From the NCBI GenBank assembly GCA_964199315.1, contig OZ116700.1:2418001-2482000 (forward strand): DNA of 64,000 nt, read 5' to 3'. Source of the stretch: Orbicella franksi (taxonomy: Eukaryota). Under the pieces are notes generated by a model. It ran no database searches, was not told the origin of the DNA, and worked only from the letters and a program-made list of their open reading frames with translations. The position numbers were made by a program, and so were the translations under genes. Of the stretch, positions 24,312 to 34,817 are shown in pieces; positions within the stretch are counted from its first letter, which is position 1, and each line of letters starts with the position of its first letter.

Positions 24312-25264
24312 TATCTTGCCCGCTCGGGACTACCCGCCGTGTCCCGCGAGAAAAATTTCCCCGAAAGCAATATAATAAATCCTTTATTGACCAAGCTTGT
24401 TCGGCCAAGATGGCTGGATATTGGCCTCGTTCTTTTTTTGCGAGTTTATCGACCTCGACTCCGTCTCGGTCCATGAACTCGCAAAAACAGAACTTGGCCA
24501 ATATCCAGCCATCTTGACCTCACACTTGGTCAATAACCCATATGTATTTTACAACACACAACTGAAAACTGCTTTTATTAACAATTAAAATGACGTTCAC
24601 TTGAATTACAGGTTTATTATATGAGGAATATCTAAAAACACATGTCATATCCATTGTAGGTCTCTTAATTTCCAGCATGTTTGAACTAATGTTTATTTTG
24701 CGCTTCAAAGTGCCAGGCAATACAGAGGCAGAGGCATTGGAAAGTTATGAACCAGGAATGTTCGATACCATTCTCCCAGAGGATTTTCAAAACGGAGTAG
24801 GAATTAGCCAAGATCCGGACGCTTTTGTTGCCGCGTTTGAAACACCAGACGTCACACAGGACAATAACTATCAGATGTTAAAAGCATCGAAAAAAACACT
24901 TAGTGATGAGGACAATGGTGACGATGAAAGTAACCAAGTTTACGGATACGATCGTTACATTTACACGAAGGAGCCCGACGAACCACCGAAGGTATCCGAA
25001 AGTAAACGAACAGATACGGATTATCAGGGACAGCGTGTTCAGGTCACAACTGAAGAGACTGGGTCCCAGCGGGTGCAAGTCAATAATGGATTTCAAGAAG
25101 AGTTCGTTCCGGGATTAAACCCGGAGTCTGGGCGGATTAGTTCAGGAGTGTTTTTAGAATGGAAGCTGACATTTTACGGTACGGGTCCTAATGATAGCGT
25201 GTCTGGAGATGATGAAGACGACGAGGATGATAATGATTCTTCAGATGTAGATATTGACTTGTAG
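12380..25264 (+). CDS. Proprotein convertase (subtilisin/kexin S8B family), paralogue B; complete, 13 coding exons, 882 aa: signal peptide, propeptide, catalytic domain, P domain with large insertion, acidic tail
   Basis: Exons 12380-12673, 14443-14547, 15419-15508, 16108-16254, 16571-16644, 17227-17315, 18990-19162, 19734-19955, 20815-20915, 21126-21347, 21886-22270, 22999-23191, 24711-25264(TAG); total 2649 nt, all GT-AG, phases consistent. Propeptide motifs [18 protein letters not shown]. Mature start [15 protein letters not shown]. Intact Asp/His/Ser triad and oxyanion Asn. Confidence 0.95.
13740..14010. repeat. Interspersed repeat, same family as 9105-9410, opposite orientation
   Basis: Direct visual alignment to the reverse complement of 9105-9410. 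Confidence 0.7.
14637..14775 (+). mobile_element. tRNA-derived SINE fragment
   Basis: A-box-like TAGCGAGGCCGAGAGG, stem-loop CTGGA-TTTGAAA-TCCAG, B box GGTTCAAGTCC, followed by a non-tRNA body; no clean acceptor stem. Confidence 0.6.
15549..15715. repeat. Hairpin-forming interspersed repeat
   Basis: CCATGTCGCC…TCTGTTCAGTAATAGAT…GACGTCAAAATGCG pairs with CGCATTTTGACGT…ATCTGTTACTGAACAGA…CAACATGG. Confidence 0.6.
17835..18067 (+). mobile_element. tRNA-derived SINE (same family as 20373-20645)
   Basis: Shared TGGTGAGAGCGC…CTCCCACCAATGTG(A/G)CCCGGGTT…TTGTTGGTTCTCGCC…TTTCAATTCGA body and TATT-rich tail. Confidence 0.7.
18124..18880. mobile_element. Non-autonomous DNA transposon (757 bp) with TTAA-like target site, possibly Kolobok-type
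   Basis: TIRs GGTGGCCGAACAC(A/T)GTTTTC; flanks TTAG and TTAA. The superfamily is inferred from the TTAA site and GG termini. Confidence 0.65.
19986..20361. mobile_element. Harbinger-like MITE; related copy at about 51700-52015
   Basis: Termini GGAGCTTAAG / CTTAAGCTCCCT; GACGAC subterminal repeats; GAACGTCAC(C/T)AAACAAAAGGTTT shared with 51720-51745. Confidence 0.65.
20373..20645 (+). mobile_element. tRNA-derived SINE with (TTTA)n tail
   Basis: A box TGGTGAAGTGG, B box GGTTCGAATCC, family body as at 17835, tail TATTTATTTATTTATTTATT. Confidence 0.75.
22515..22815 (+). mobile_element. tRNA-derived SINE with a conserved central domain (resembles CORE/Meta-type domains); second copy at about 58955-59135
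   Basis: A box TGGCCTCGTGG; body GTGTTCTTGG…CTCACAGTGCCTCT…ATAAATGGGTACC…ACTAGCATCCCATC shared with the second copy. Confidence 0.7.
24232..24545. repeat. Palindrome-rich interspersed repeat, likely a non-autonomous element
   Basis: Internal inverted repeats CCCGAGCGGGCAAGAT/ATCTTGCCCGCTCGGG and TTGACCAAG…AAGATGGCTGGATATTGGCC / GGCCAATATCCAGCCATCTT…CTTGGTCAA; fragments at about 39440-39500 and 40040-40075. Confidence 0.7.
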
Positions 25265-27781
25265 ACTTTATGCTAATTGCCTTTTTTATCACTGCGATTG
25301 TTAAAGACATCTAACTAATCAAATGTACAGAGTCTACAATCTCAACGAAATTCGAAAGAAACGTGAGAAATCGCTGCACGGTTATGTACCAGATCAACAT
25401 ATTTCACTGTTAATAGCTCTGGTTAGCAAGATCTGATCGTGGAATATGTCTTCGGAGGGCGCGTGGAGATGGTCCTTATTCTATGCCAGTTACTAAATTC
25501 CACGAGCATTACAGGCTTCCTAGCTCAAGATGCAACTAGCATCGCAAAGTCCGAAATTATCAGGGCGTAAATATTTGTAAATGGAACTCTATTTGCAAAA
25601 AAATCGTCCATCCTTTTGATTTAGTTGAAGTAGCAAATGCTCCACTTTTGTTCTAATGATCCTTTTAAAATGGCTCGTAAAGTTGTCGATTCTTTCTGCC
25701 AATCAACGAACAGAACACGTGAACAGTCCGAACGACGTCATGATAGCTTACCGCCTTACGTCATGCGTGTCGCTTAGTGACGTCTATGACGAAACAAGGT
25801 GGCTCAGTCAGCTCTTCGAGGCAGGATTTTGACATTCAATGCTTCTTGTTGATTCGTACAATTATTGAAGTTTAGAATCTGTCTCGCGGAAATCAGGAAA
25901 AAGTGAAGGAGAGTCAATCTCTTTGCTTATGACTCACTGGTTCTTTTCAGAAACTTCTCAGAAACTCCTTACAGTTAATGGGGAATGTTTTGTATAGAAT
26001 TAGCGTCTCAAAATTAGCATTCTTAAAATTAGCATCCCTTTTAGCTGAAAACACGTTACCATCTCCATTCTCGCCAGATTTCAGATCAACTACAACTTGC
26101 ATATCTTCTCCTAAACGTTACAGTTTTGAATGTCGTGACGATTTCCTAACCTATCATTGCGTGAATCTTTATTATCATAAGACAGTTTCGTTCGTATTTC
26201 AGCCTCCCCGCACTGTTTTGAATTTTAGTTCCCCAATTACTAAAGATAATTCTTACCTTTGCAGAATTTTTTAATTCCAAAGATCAAGTCACTATGCTAT
26301 ATTTTATAATACTGATTGCTTTCTGTATGTAACGTTTCTTTATACAGAGTATGAAACCTAACTTACCTGCCGTGTAAAGTTGTCGTAATGCCGTCGTAAA
26401 TATTCTAGTTTAAGCAGCTTTACACTTTATGGATGAGCTTTACACAAGCTAAATATACGTTTCAAATTAAGCTTCCTTAAGGAGACTAAAAATTTTAATC
26501 GAACATTAACTTTAAGTTGTTGCTTAAACTCACATGCCAACTTTAATTTACCCCAGCTTTACGTCAACTTTACACTCGGTAGCGCAAATGTTGGCTTCAT
26601 AAAAACGAAAGCTTGACTTACTTTAGGCAGATTTAAGGTAACTTCAATTTTCCGTGAGTCTTTATTTTCATGCTGTCAATCAGCTAAATGATTCTTCTCC
26701 TTTCGTATGCGAACGTAATGTACCATACTGTTCTTGTTACTGGTTGATTTTTAAATGGACGCAATTTTGATCAATAAAGAGCTTTACAATTTCGTAAATG
26801 GACTGGCCTAAACTAAAAACTCTTACTAACGGTGGCAACACATCTGCACGATAAAAACACACACCTGCCTCGTGCACATGCGCGGTTATTTGTATTTTAT
26901 CGGTGACTGGTATCGCGGTGTTGAATAGTTAGGTTGCGAAACGCAGAGCGCCGTCGGACCATTGGTTCACTTGCGAAGAGAAATACAACGACAACGACGC
27001 TGTGTGAGACAGAGCTAAGCTTTTCTCGGTTTTGCGGGAATGTCAGCTATCGCTTCCCCTAAAGGTCGGCACACACTATGGACTATGTTGCGGGGAGGTG
27101 AAGAGCGGGAACAACGGTCCTTTCGTGTGTATGCATAGGGCGTATGTTGACCACAAAAACAAAAAATTTTCTCGCGTTTCCTTCGATGAAATTCCATGAA
27201 TTTGGGAGACTAGTAATAACGATTTTACTTCATTTAGGGCTCGTTTTCCAGGGAAGTCTATCTGACTAGTTCTTATGCAGCGGCAAAAGACGGAAATTTG
27301 CAAACATTGAGAAAAAAAACTGCCAGTACAAACTCTACTTCTTACTTGCTTGAAAGTCTTATCTGGCCAGATTCGATGTATTGTGAAAATGCTGGAAGAT
27401 TCCACCGAAGGAAATTCAAGAAAGCCACAAATGTTGCCACATAAACGATGAAAAATGCATTTGTTAGAGCAGTTTTAATGCAAGAAGCTAAGAACCATTA
27501 TTTTAACAGAGATGATGAAAAGCATTATTTCATCATTGCTTATTACACTTAAAAAAAGTTAGAGTCAGCTGGGTGGAATGCGAAATGAACTTTCAAACTG
27601 ATGTAACAATAACGTGCAACACGACAAATGATTACCCTATGGAACCACCTTAAATTTTATTTGTTCCTGAGCTTTCAGTTAAAAACGGGTATTTTGACAA
27701 GTTCTCGGCCACCGCTTAGTTCAACCCATCCAGACGTCATATCTTTATTTCGGACAAACCTGTTCTCGTCGATAGCAAAGA

Positions 27782-30700
27782 CTATATGTATCTTTGGATC
27801 CAATCATTAAAGAAGTTGTCGGGTTCGTTCTTCCGATGTATCACGGGCTTGTTTTCTCTTGTGCTCAAGTAGTCATCGAGATCATCAATCTGGTCTGATG
27901 CGGGTTTGTCATGTTCTGCTATCAAGAGGTCGTCTAAAGTCGTCTCCTGAAATTTGGGTTCCTTGTCCCTCGTAATCAACAAGTTGTCTAAATAATCTCG
28001 AGGTTCGGGCTTCCTTTCCCTCACACTTAATTTATCTGTTCAAGAAAATAAAGCAATTTTAACAATACGTATAGAAATTAGGTACATTAAAGATTGGCTA
28101 ACAAACGAATAATATTTCTGACCGGCAATATGGGTGGATTGCAAAAGATGAAAAAAATAAATAGTGAGATTTTAAAACCCTGGAATCGTACAGTTAAGAG
28201 CACACCAACATTCTAAACAGTTACAGAGTTGAGCGCAGCTTTAGCAAATTTTTCATAGAATCAGACGTATCACACAAATTGCGACTGAAGAGTGATCGGA
28301 TAACTCAATCCCGGTGCAATAGGTCGCCCGATTCTTTACCATTTACCCAGATACCTGGGAACACGATTGTAGCCGAGTGCAAATAACACACACAAAAAAA
28401 ATCAAAACAAAAGAAGCAAAAACCCTGAGAAATTATTATATTAGATTAGTTAGCACTTGATTCAGCACAGGAATAAATCGACGTAAGAACCAGAGTCGTA
28501 TAGTGGGTCACATTTTTAATAAGCTGCGTGCCCGACTCCATTGAATTCAAATTGTACTTCAAATGCGCATTAAGCTTCGTACATGGTACGCAAGCGCACG
28601 ATACAGAATGTTTGATCTACGCCATATTCATTACCACACACATGTAGTCCTATCAGCAGCCTCATTGGCTCCTGGTCCTATATATATTTATATCATTATT
28701 CATAAACAAACTGTGCCACACATACCTGGTTTAGTAGTTAATTCTACAGCTGAAGCCGTAGAAAATTCAGGTGCTGTGGTTTCCTGTGGAACTGCAGTGG
28801 TTTCCTGTGGTGCTGCAGTGGTTGCTTCTGATGTAGCAGTAGTTTCCTCTGAAACTGCAGTGGATTCCTGGAGAACTGCAGTGGTTTCCTCTGGACCTGA
28901 AGCGGTTATTTCTGGAACTACAGTGGTTTCCTCAGTTACTGTAGTGGTTTCTTCTGGTGCAGTACTGGTTATCTCTGGAACTGCAGTGGTTACCTCCGGT
29001 ACTGCAGTGGCTACCTCCGGTACTACAGTGGTTTCTTCTGGTGCAGCAGTTGTTTCCTCTGGAAGTGCAGTGGATACCTTTGGTATTGCAGTGGTTACCT
29101 CTGGAACTGTAGTAGTTTCCTCTGGTACAACAGTGGTTTCCTCTGGAACTGCAGTGGTTACCTCTGGTACTGCAGTGGTTTCTTCTGGTGAACCCGTAAG
29201 TTCCTCTGGAACAGCAGTAGGTTCCTCGGGAACTGTAGTGGTTTCCTCTGGAACCACAGTGGTTTCTTCTGGTACAGCAGTAGTTTCCTTTGGAACTGCA
29301 GTAGTTTCCTCGGGAACTGTAGTGGTTTTCTCTGGAACCACAGTGGTTTCTTCTAATGCAGCAGTAGTTTCCTTTGGAACTGCAGTGGTTTCCTCTGGTG
29401 TCGCAGTGGTTGCTTCTGGTGAAGCAGTGGTTTCCTCTGGAGCAGTAGTAGTTATCTCTGGAGCTGCAGTGGTTACCTCTGGTTCTACAGTGGTTTCTTC
29501 TGGTGCAGCAGTAGTTTCCTCTGGAAGTGCAGTGGTTACCTTTGGTATTGCAGTGGTTACCTCTAAACCTGCAGTGGTTTCCTCTGGTACTACAGTGGTT
29601 TTCTCTGGAACTGCTGTGGCTCCCTCTGGTACTACAGTGGCTTCTTCTGGTGCGGCAGTGGTTTCCTCTGGAACTGCAGTGGTTTCCACTGAAACTGCAG
29701 TGGTTTCTTCCTGAACTGTAGTAGTTTCCTCTGGTACCGCAGTGGTTTTCTCTGGAACTGCAGTAGTTTCCTCTGGTGCTGCAGTGGTTTCTTCCTGAAC
29801 TGCAGTAGTTTCCTCTGGTACTGCAGTGGTTTTCTCTGGAACTGCAGTAGTTTCCTCTGGTGCTGCAGTGGTTTCTTCCTGAACTGTAGTAGTTTCCTCT
29901 GGTACCGCAGTGGTTTTCTCTGGAACTGCAGTAGTTTCCTCTGGTGCTGCAGTGGTTTCTTCCTGAACTGCAGTAGTTTCCTCTGGTACTGCAGTGGTTT
30001 CCCCTGGAACTGCGGTAGTTTCCTTTGGTACTGCAGTTGATTCTTCTGGAACAATACTAATCAGATCTGGAACTGTAGTGGTTACCTCGGGTACTGCGGT
30101 GGTTTCTTCTGGTGCAGAAGTGATTTCCTCTGGAACCGCAGTGGTTTCTTCTGGCATTGTAGTGGTTTCTTCCGGAATTGCAGTGGTTTTCTGTGGTATC
30201 GCAGTGGTTTTTTCTGGTGCAGCAGTGGTTCCGCCCGGAACTGCAGTGGTTTCTTCTGGTGCAGAAGTGGTTTCCTCAAGAACTGAAGTGGTTTCTTCTG
30301 GTGCAGCAGTGGTTTCGTTTGGAACTGCAGTGGTTTCTTCTGGTGCGGCAGTGCTTTCCTCTGGAACTGCAGTGGTCTCTTCTGGTGCGGCAGTGGTTAC
30401 CTCTGGAACTGAAGTGGTTTCTTCTGGTGCAGCAGTGGTTTCCTCTGGAACTGCAGTGGTTTCTTCTGGTGCGGCAGTGCTTTCCTCTGGAACTGCCGTG
30501 GTTTTTTCTGGTGCAGCAGTGGTTTCCTCTGGAACTGCAGTTGTTACCTCTGGTACTGCAGTGGTTTCTTCTGGTGCAGCAGTAGTTACCTCTGGTACTG
30601 CAGTGGTTTCTTCTGGTGCAGCAGTAGTTACCTCTGGTACTGCAGTGGTTTCTTCTGGTGCAGCAGTAGTTACCTCTGGTACTGCAGTGGTTTCTTCTGG

Positions 30701-33700
30701 CGCAGCAGTAGTTACCTCTGGTACTGCAGTGGTTTCTTCTGGTGCAGCGGTAGTTACCTCGGGTACTGCAGTGGTGTCTTCTGGTGCAGTAGTAGGTACC
30801 TCTGGTACAGCGGTAGTTAGCTTCGGCACTGCAGTGGTCTCTTCTTGTGTAGCAGTAGTTACCTCTGGTACTGCAGTGGTTTCTTCTGGTGCAGCAGTAG
30901 TTACCTCTGGTACGGTAGTGGTTTCTTCTGGTTCAGTGGTGGTTACCTCAGGTAATGTAGTGGTTTCTTCTGGTGCAGCAGTAGTTACCTCTGGTACTGT
31001 AGTGGTTTTTTCTGATGCAGAGGTAGTTACCTCCGGTACTGCGGTGGTTTTATCTGGTGCAGCGGTGGTTACCTCTGGTACTGCAGTGGTTTCTTCTGGT
31101 GCAGTGGTAGTTACCTCTGGTACTGCGGTGGTTTCTTCTGGTGCGGCGGTAGTTACCTCTGGTATTGCAGTGGTTTCTTCTGGTTTAGCGGTAGTTACCT
31201 CCGGTACTGCGGTGGTTTCGTCTGGTGCAGCGGTGGTTACCTCTGGTACTGCAGTGGTTTCTTCTGGTGCAGCGGTAGTTACCTCTGGTACTGCAGTGGT
31301 TTCTTCTGGTGCTACAGTTGTTACCTTCGGTATTTGAGTTGTTTCTTTTCCTTTAGCAGTGGTTTCCTCTGGTACTGCGGTGGTTGCCTCTGGTGCTGCC
31401 GTAGTTACTTCTGGTTTTACTGAAGTTTTTTTTGGTGGTACTGTAGTTTTCTTTAAAGCTATAGTAGTTGGTTTTGGTCCTGAGGTAGTATGTACTTGTG
31501 GTGCCTCAGTAATCGCTTGTGGTTCTAGAAAGGGAAACTGTAATGTAAGTAAAATCGCAGACTGATGAATAGTGGAATCCATTATCTGGATCTTACATGA
31601 GCTTGGTTTGAAGGTTAGGTAACATGTTTCTGCATATTATTTTAGAATTAACGAAGAATGTGAGAAACGTAAGAAATGAACAATGAATTAATAGGTAGAT
31701 TACTGGCACAAGTCATGTCAGTGTATATCATCTACGGACTGTTTTGTTCAAAATATTTGTTATATTTATATCGGAGAAATCTTCGATTATAATGATCACT
31801 GGTTTGAAACGAAAAAGAATAATTTAGAAGGACACTCGTTTAATATTATTTTCTGCCGACCTAATGTTTTTGTGTCGAGGTTGATGATGTCTGCACCTCT
31901 AGCTGTTGTGACCATTGTGAACTGGATTTACTAGTTAAATGGATGCGTGCCGCAGCTCATCCGTTTAACTAGCCGAGCAACTGAGTATCCATCTAGTAAA
32001 GACTTATTTGAGTTTTTGATCTGCTTCATTTGATTTTATCACGCGGAAATCGCTTAAAGCAAGATTGCAGCATTTTTGGCTATGGTTTATCCTGCTTTTT
32101 ACTTTATGCAACCAACCTTTCTCACAAATGAACCTGTATTTTAATGAGCATTTGAACCTTCCCCACTTAAGACCTCTTAGTTTTGCCGCCATTTGAACGC
32201 AGAGTGGCAGCTTAGAAATTCTCTTTGGCCCTGTCTTGGTCCAGTTTCGATAATCACTTCTCTCCCCACTACTCCAAACTCCATCTTTGCTGTTCGCCTT
32301 GAAATGCAGTCCATTCCAGCTCCCCTTGTCCTTCATTAGCGATCCAAGGAAATTCATTTCATCTTCATCATTGACAGTAACCAAGTTAGCTTCGTTTTCT
32401 TTGCACATCTTCTGTGCAAGAAACCACGTGACTCTAGTATTTACTCGAAGATAGCAGCTCTTACTAAAATGTACCCAACCGTGGTCGCATTGGACAGCTG
32501 CAAATGAAAACACACACCCGTCACTTCAATAATTGGATGACTTTCGTATCGAATTCCTAACTATAAGTTTAATTGTACATGGTTAGTTATTTAGTTACAG
32601 TGGAAACCATATAATGCCAGACACACGCCTATCACATTCTGTCCTCAGTTCTATACTCAGTCGCGGTATCTTGGGTTGTTTTGGTCACGTACAAAATTAT
32701 CTTTCAATTGAAGGAACACTGAATATAGTAGTTTACTAATATAGAAAAACACCAAAGAGATCATAATAAACCATAAAGGAATAAGGATGGTTAAGGATGA
32801 AAAAAATTAACACTGATTAGAAACGACAAACTTGAAATATTGAAGCTAAACTTTTCAAGATGTGCAAGCAGTGACGTATACATTCTTTGAACTGAAGAAC
32901 AAGAATGGTATTATGAATGAATGTCAAAGTTTGCCTGTCCCCTTAATCGTTCTTGTAAAGCTATTTAATGGCTGTTCAATTTAGTATTTTTAGCAGAAAC
33001 ATGCCTCTTATTTTGTGTAGCTTTTTGCTTCTAACGTCTCCAAGCAGAACACACTACAGCCAGACTGGTCTAGAATTTGATGAATATAAGAAAACCTAGT
33101 CTGCGGTCAATATCCACTTTAGCCAATCTTGAGTAATGATCCTGAATCCTTCTGAGACTTGGCCATGTAAAAGTAGTAACGTGAAAGGATTTTTAAATCC
33201 TTTAAACTTTAAAAAAATTATCAGATCATAGTCAGTTAAAACAAATTAACCTTACCCACTGTGGGTTTCTCCTCCGGCTCTTTAAGTAAACCTGAAAACG
33301 AAATTCAGCAACCTCAAGTCAATATAAGTCAGATATATTCTAAATTCACATTAGGCATAAGAAAACATTCCTTCCATTTGCTATAAAAAGGAATCGTCTT
33401 GAACATTTTATTTCATAAGCAAGAATTACGATAATACGATATCGTCAGCGAGATATATGACTGCACAGCGAAGACAACAACTGGAATTAGTAAATAGATT
33501 TAGGCTTCACATACTTGATGTTCAAACATTTTTGTTAATAACACAATATTTAACTTTTTGCAGTGCGCATTTGATGTTATTTGTCTGGTGCCGAGGGAAA
33601 AAGTCGAATTTAAAGTCTAAACGCCTTCTGTTCATCTAATTTGACTTAACTAGTTACCAAGCTCTCGCAGAAAAATTAGTTATTAATAACTGTGGGCCCT

Positions 33701-34817
33701 AGTGTGTGAAAAATCTCTATCCATCGCTAGTAGATGTCGACTCCTTTTAACCGCTCGAGGCCCTTAGATTTTCAGTATTGGAAGCCATCGGAAAATTGTG
33801 ATGAAGATCAGTGTTAAACAAAACCTGGTTAAAACGTAAAAAGCTTGGATGGCATAGGATGTCTATGGTCCATCCGCCCTACTCATTTAGTTGACTTTAG
33901 ATTTCATGTTTTACCTACCTTTTTCACAAGTAAATTTGTATTCAATAGAGCACCTTGACATTGTCCACTTGAGGCCTTTCGTTTTTTCTGACATGTGAAC
34001 ACAGTTCTGAAGTTTCGACTGCCTCTTGGATCCCCTCTTTCCCCAATTCTGATAGTCGCTATTTTCTCCGCTGCTCCAAACTAAGGTTTTGCCATCCTCG
34101 TCCAGGTGCAGTCCATTCCAACCTCCTTTGCTCTTCATTAGCCATCCAAGAAACGTCATTTCATCTTCACTGTTCACAGTGACAAGGTTAGCATCATTCC
34201 TCTCACACGTCTTCTGTGCGTCTGACCATGTCATTTTGGTGTTTACTCGAAGGTAACAGCTGTCTTGGAAATTGGTCCAGCCCTTCTCGCATCTTATTGC
34301 TGTGGAATATAGCAATAGCTACACGAGTTAAATATATTCTTACGTATCGATTGATGAAGGTAATACCATGATGACATTGACTTCAGAACAGATACTGGTG
34401 GAAGAAATTTATTCTCTCTAGAATACTTAGCTGTCGTTCATTACTTCTACAGGATATCAGGACAATTTGCTTTATTTCTGGTCAAAGCAAATCTTTGTTC
34501 GTACAGAGAATTGCAGAAACCATTCAACATTGGATTGGCCATAATAAATTATTGAGGGGACAGCAATTTTTTAACATAACTGGACCGTTAAAGTGAGGTT
34601 TCCATCTACATGTATAATGAATTTCGTTTATATTTAACTTTTTGAAGTCATGTTCCTGATAGGAAAACATGCTCCATACTTTTTTCGGCGGCAGTCAAGC
34701 TTTCGAAAAATTGACATCAGCTTTTAAACAATAACTAAAAAAACCTCACCTTCAGCACTTGAAATGATCACTGAAAGAAGTAAGAAAACAGGAAATTTAA
34801 TCAAGAATTCGAAACAT
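27782..34817 (-). CDS. Secreted tandem C-type-lectin-domain protein with long Thr/Glu/Pro heptad-repeat (mucin-like) region and Asp-rich C-terminal tail, about 1300 aa
   Basis: Exons in transcript order: signal-peptide exon ending at 34750 (…KFPVFLLLSVIISSAE, donor GTGAG; start codon uncertain), 34299-33919, 33291-33256, 32497-32117, 31524-28726, 28035-27782(TAG). All introns phase 1 and GT-AG. No transmembrane segment. Confidence 0.88.
28726..31524 (-). repeat. Coding 21-nt tandem repeat, roughly 125-130 units of (V/A)PE(E/V/K)TT(A/T/V), filling one 2799-nt exon
   Basis: Visible 21-nt periodicity such as GTGGTTTCTTCTGGTGCAGCA on the + strand; reading frame open throughout on the - strand (ORF 28700..31582). 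Confidence 0.95.
32117..32497 (-). CDS. C-type lectin-like domain 2 (381-nt exon)
   Basis: CDHGWVHFSKSCY…TWFLAQKMC…ANLVTVND…WNGL…FICEK; same length and phase as domain 1, consistent with exon duplication. Confidence 0.9.
33919..34299 (-). CDS. C-type lectin-like domain 1 (381-nt exon)
   Basis: CEKGWTNFQDSCY…TWSDAQKTC…ANLVTVNS…WNGL…W…C…FTCEK; six-Cys long-form CTLD pattern; phase 1-1 exon. Confidence 0.9.

Noticed and set aside
24232-24588. Cluster of overlapping ORFs (24232, 24261, 24284, 24397)
   Set aside because: All lie within a palindromic interspersed repeat; the similar translations on both strands reflect its inverted repeats.
25250-25264. PC-B C-terminal DIDL as an ER-retention signal
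   Set aside because: It does not fit the KDEL/HDEL-type consensus, which has Glu-Leu at the end.
28563-31337. Long + strand ORFs 28563..29714 (383 aa) and 29994..31337 (447 aa) of VVSSG(T/A)A repeats, plus the short repetitive ORFs at 29527, 29632, 30082 and 30178
   Set aside because: These are antisense or alternative-frame shadows of the 21-nt coding repeat. They have no splice context or domains, and they break wherever the sense strand has the VQEE variant.
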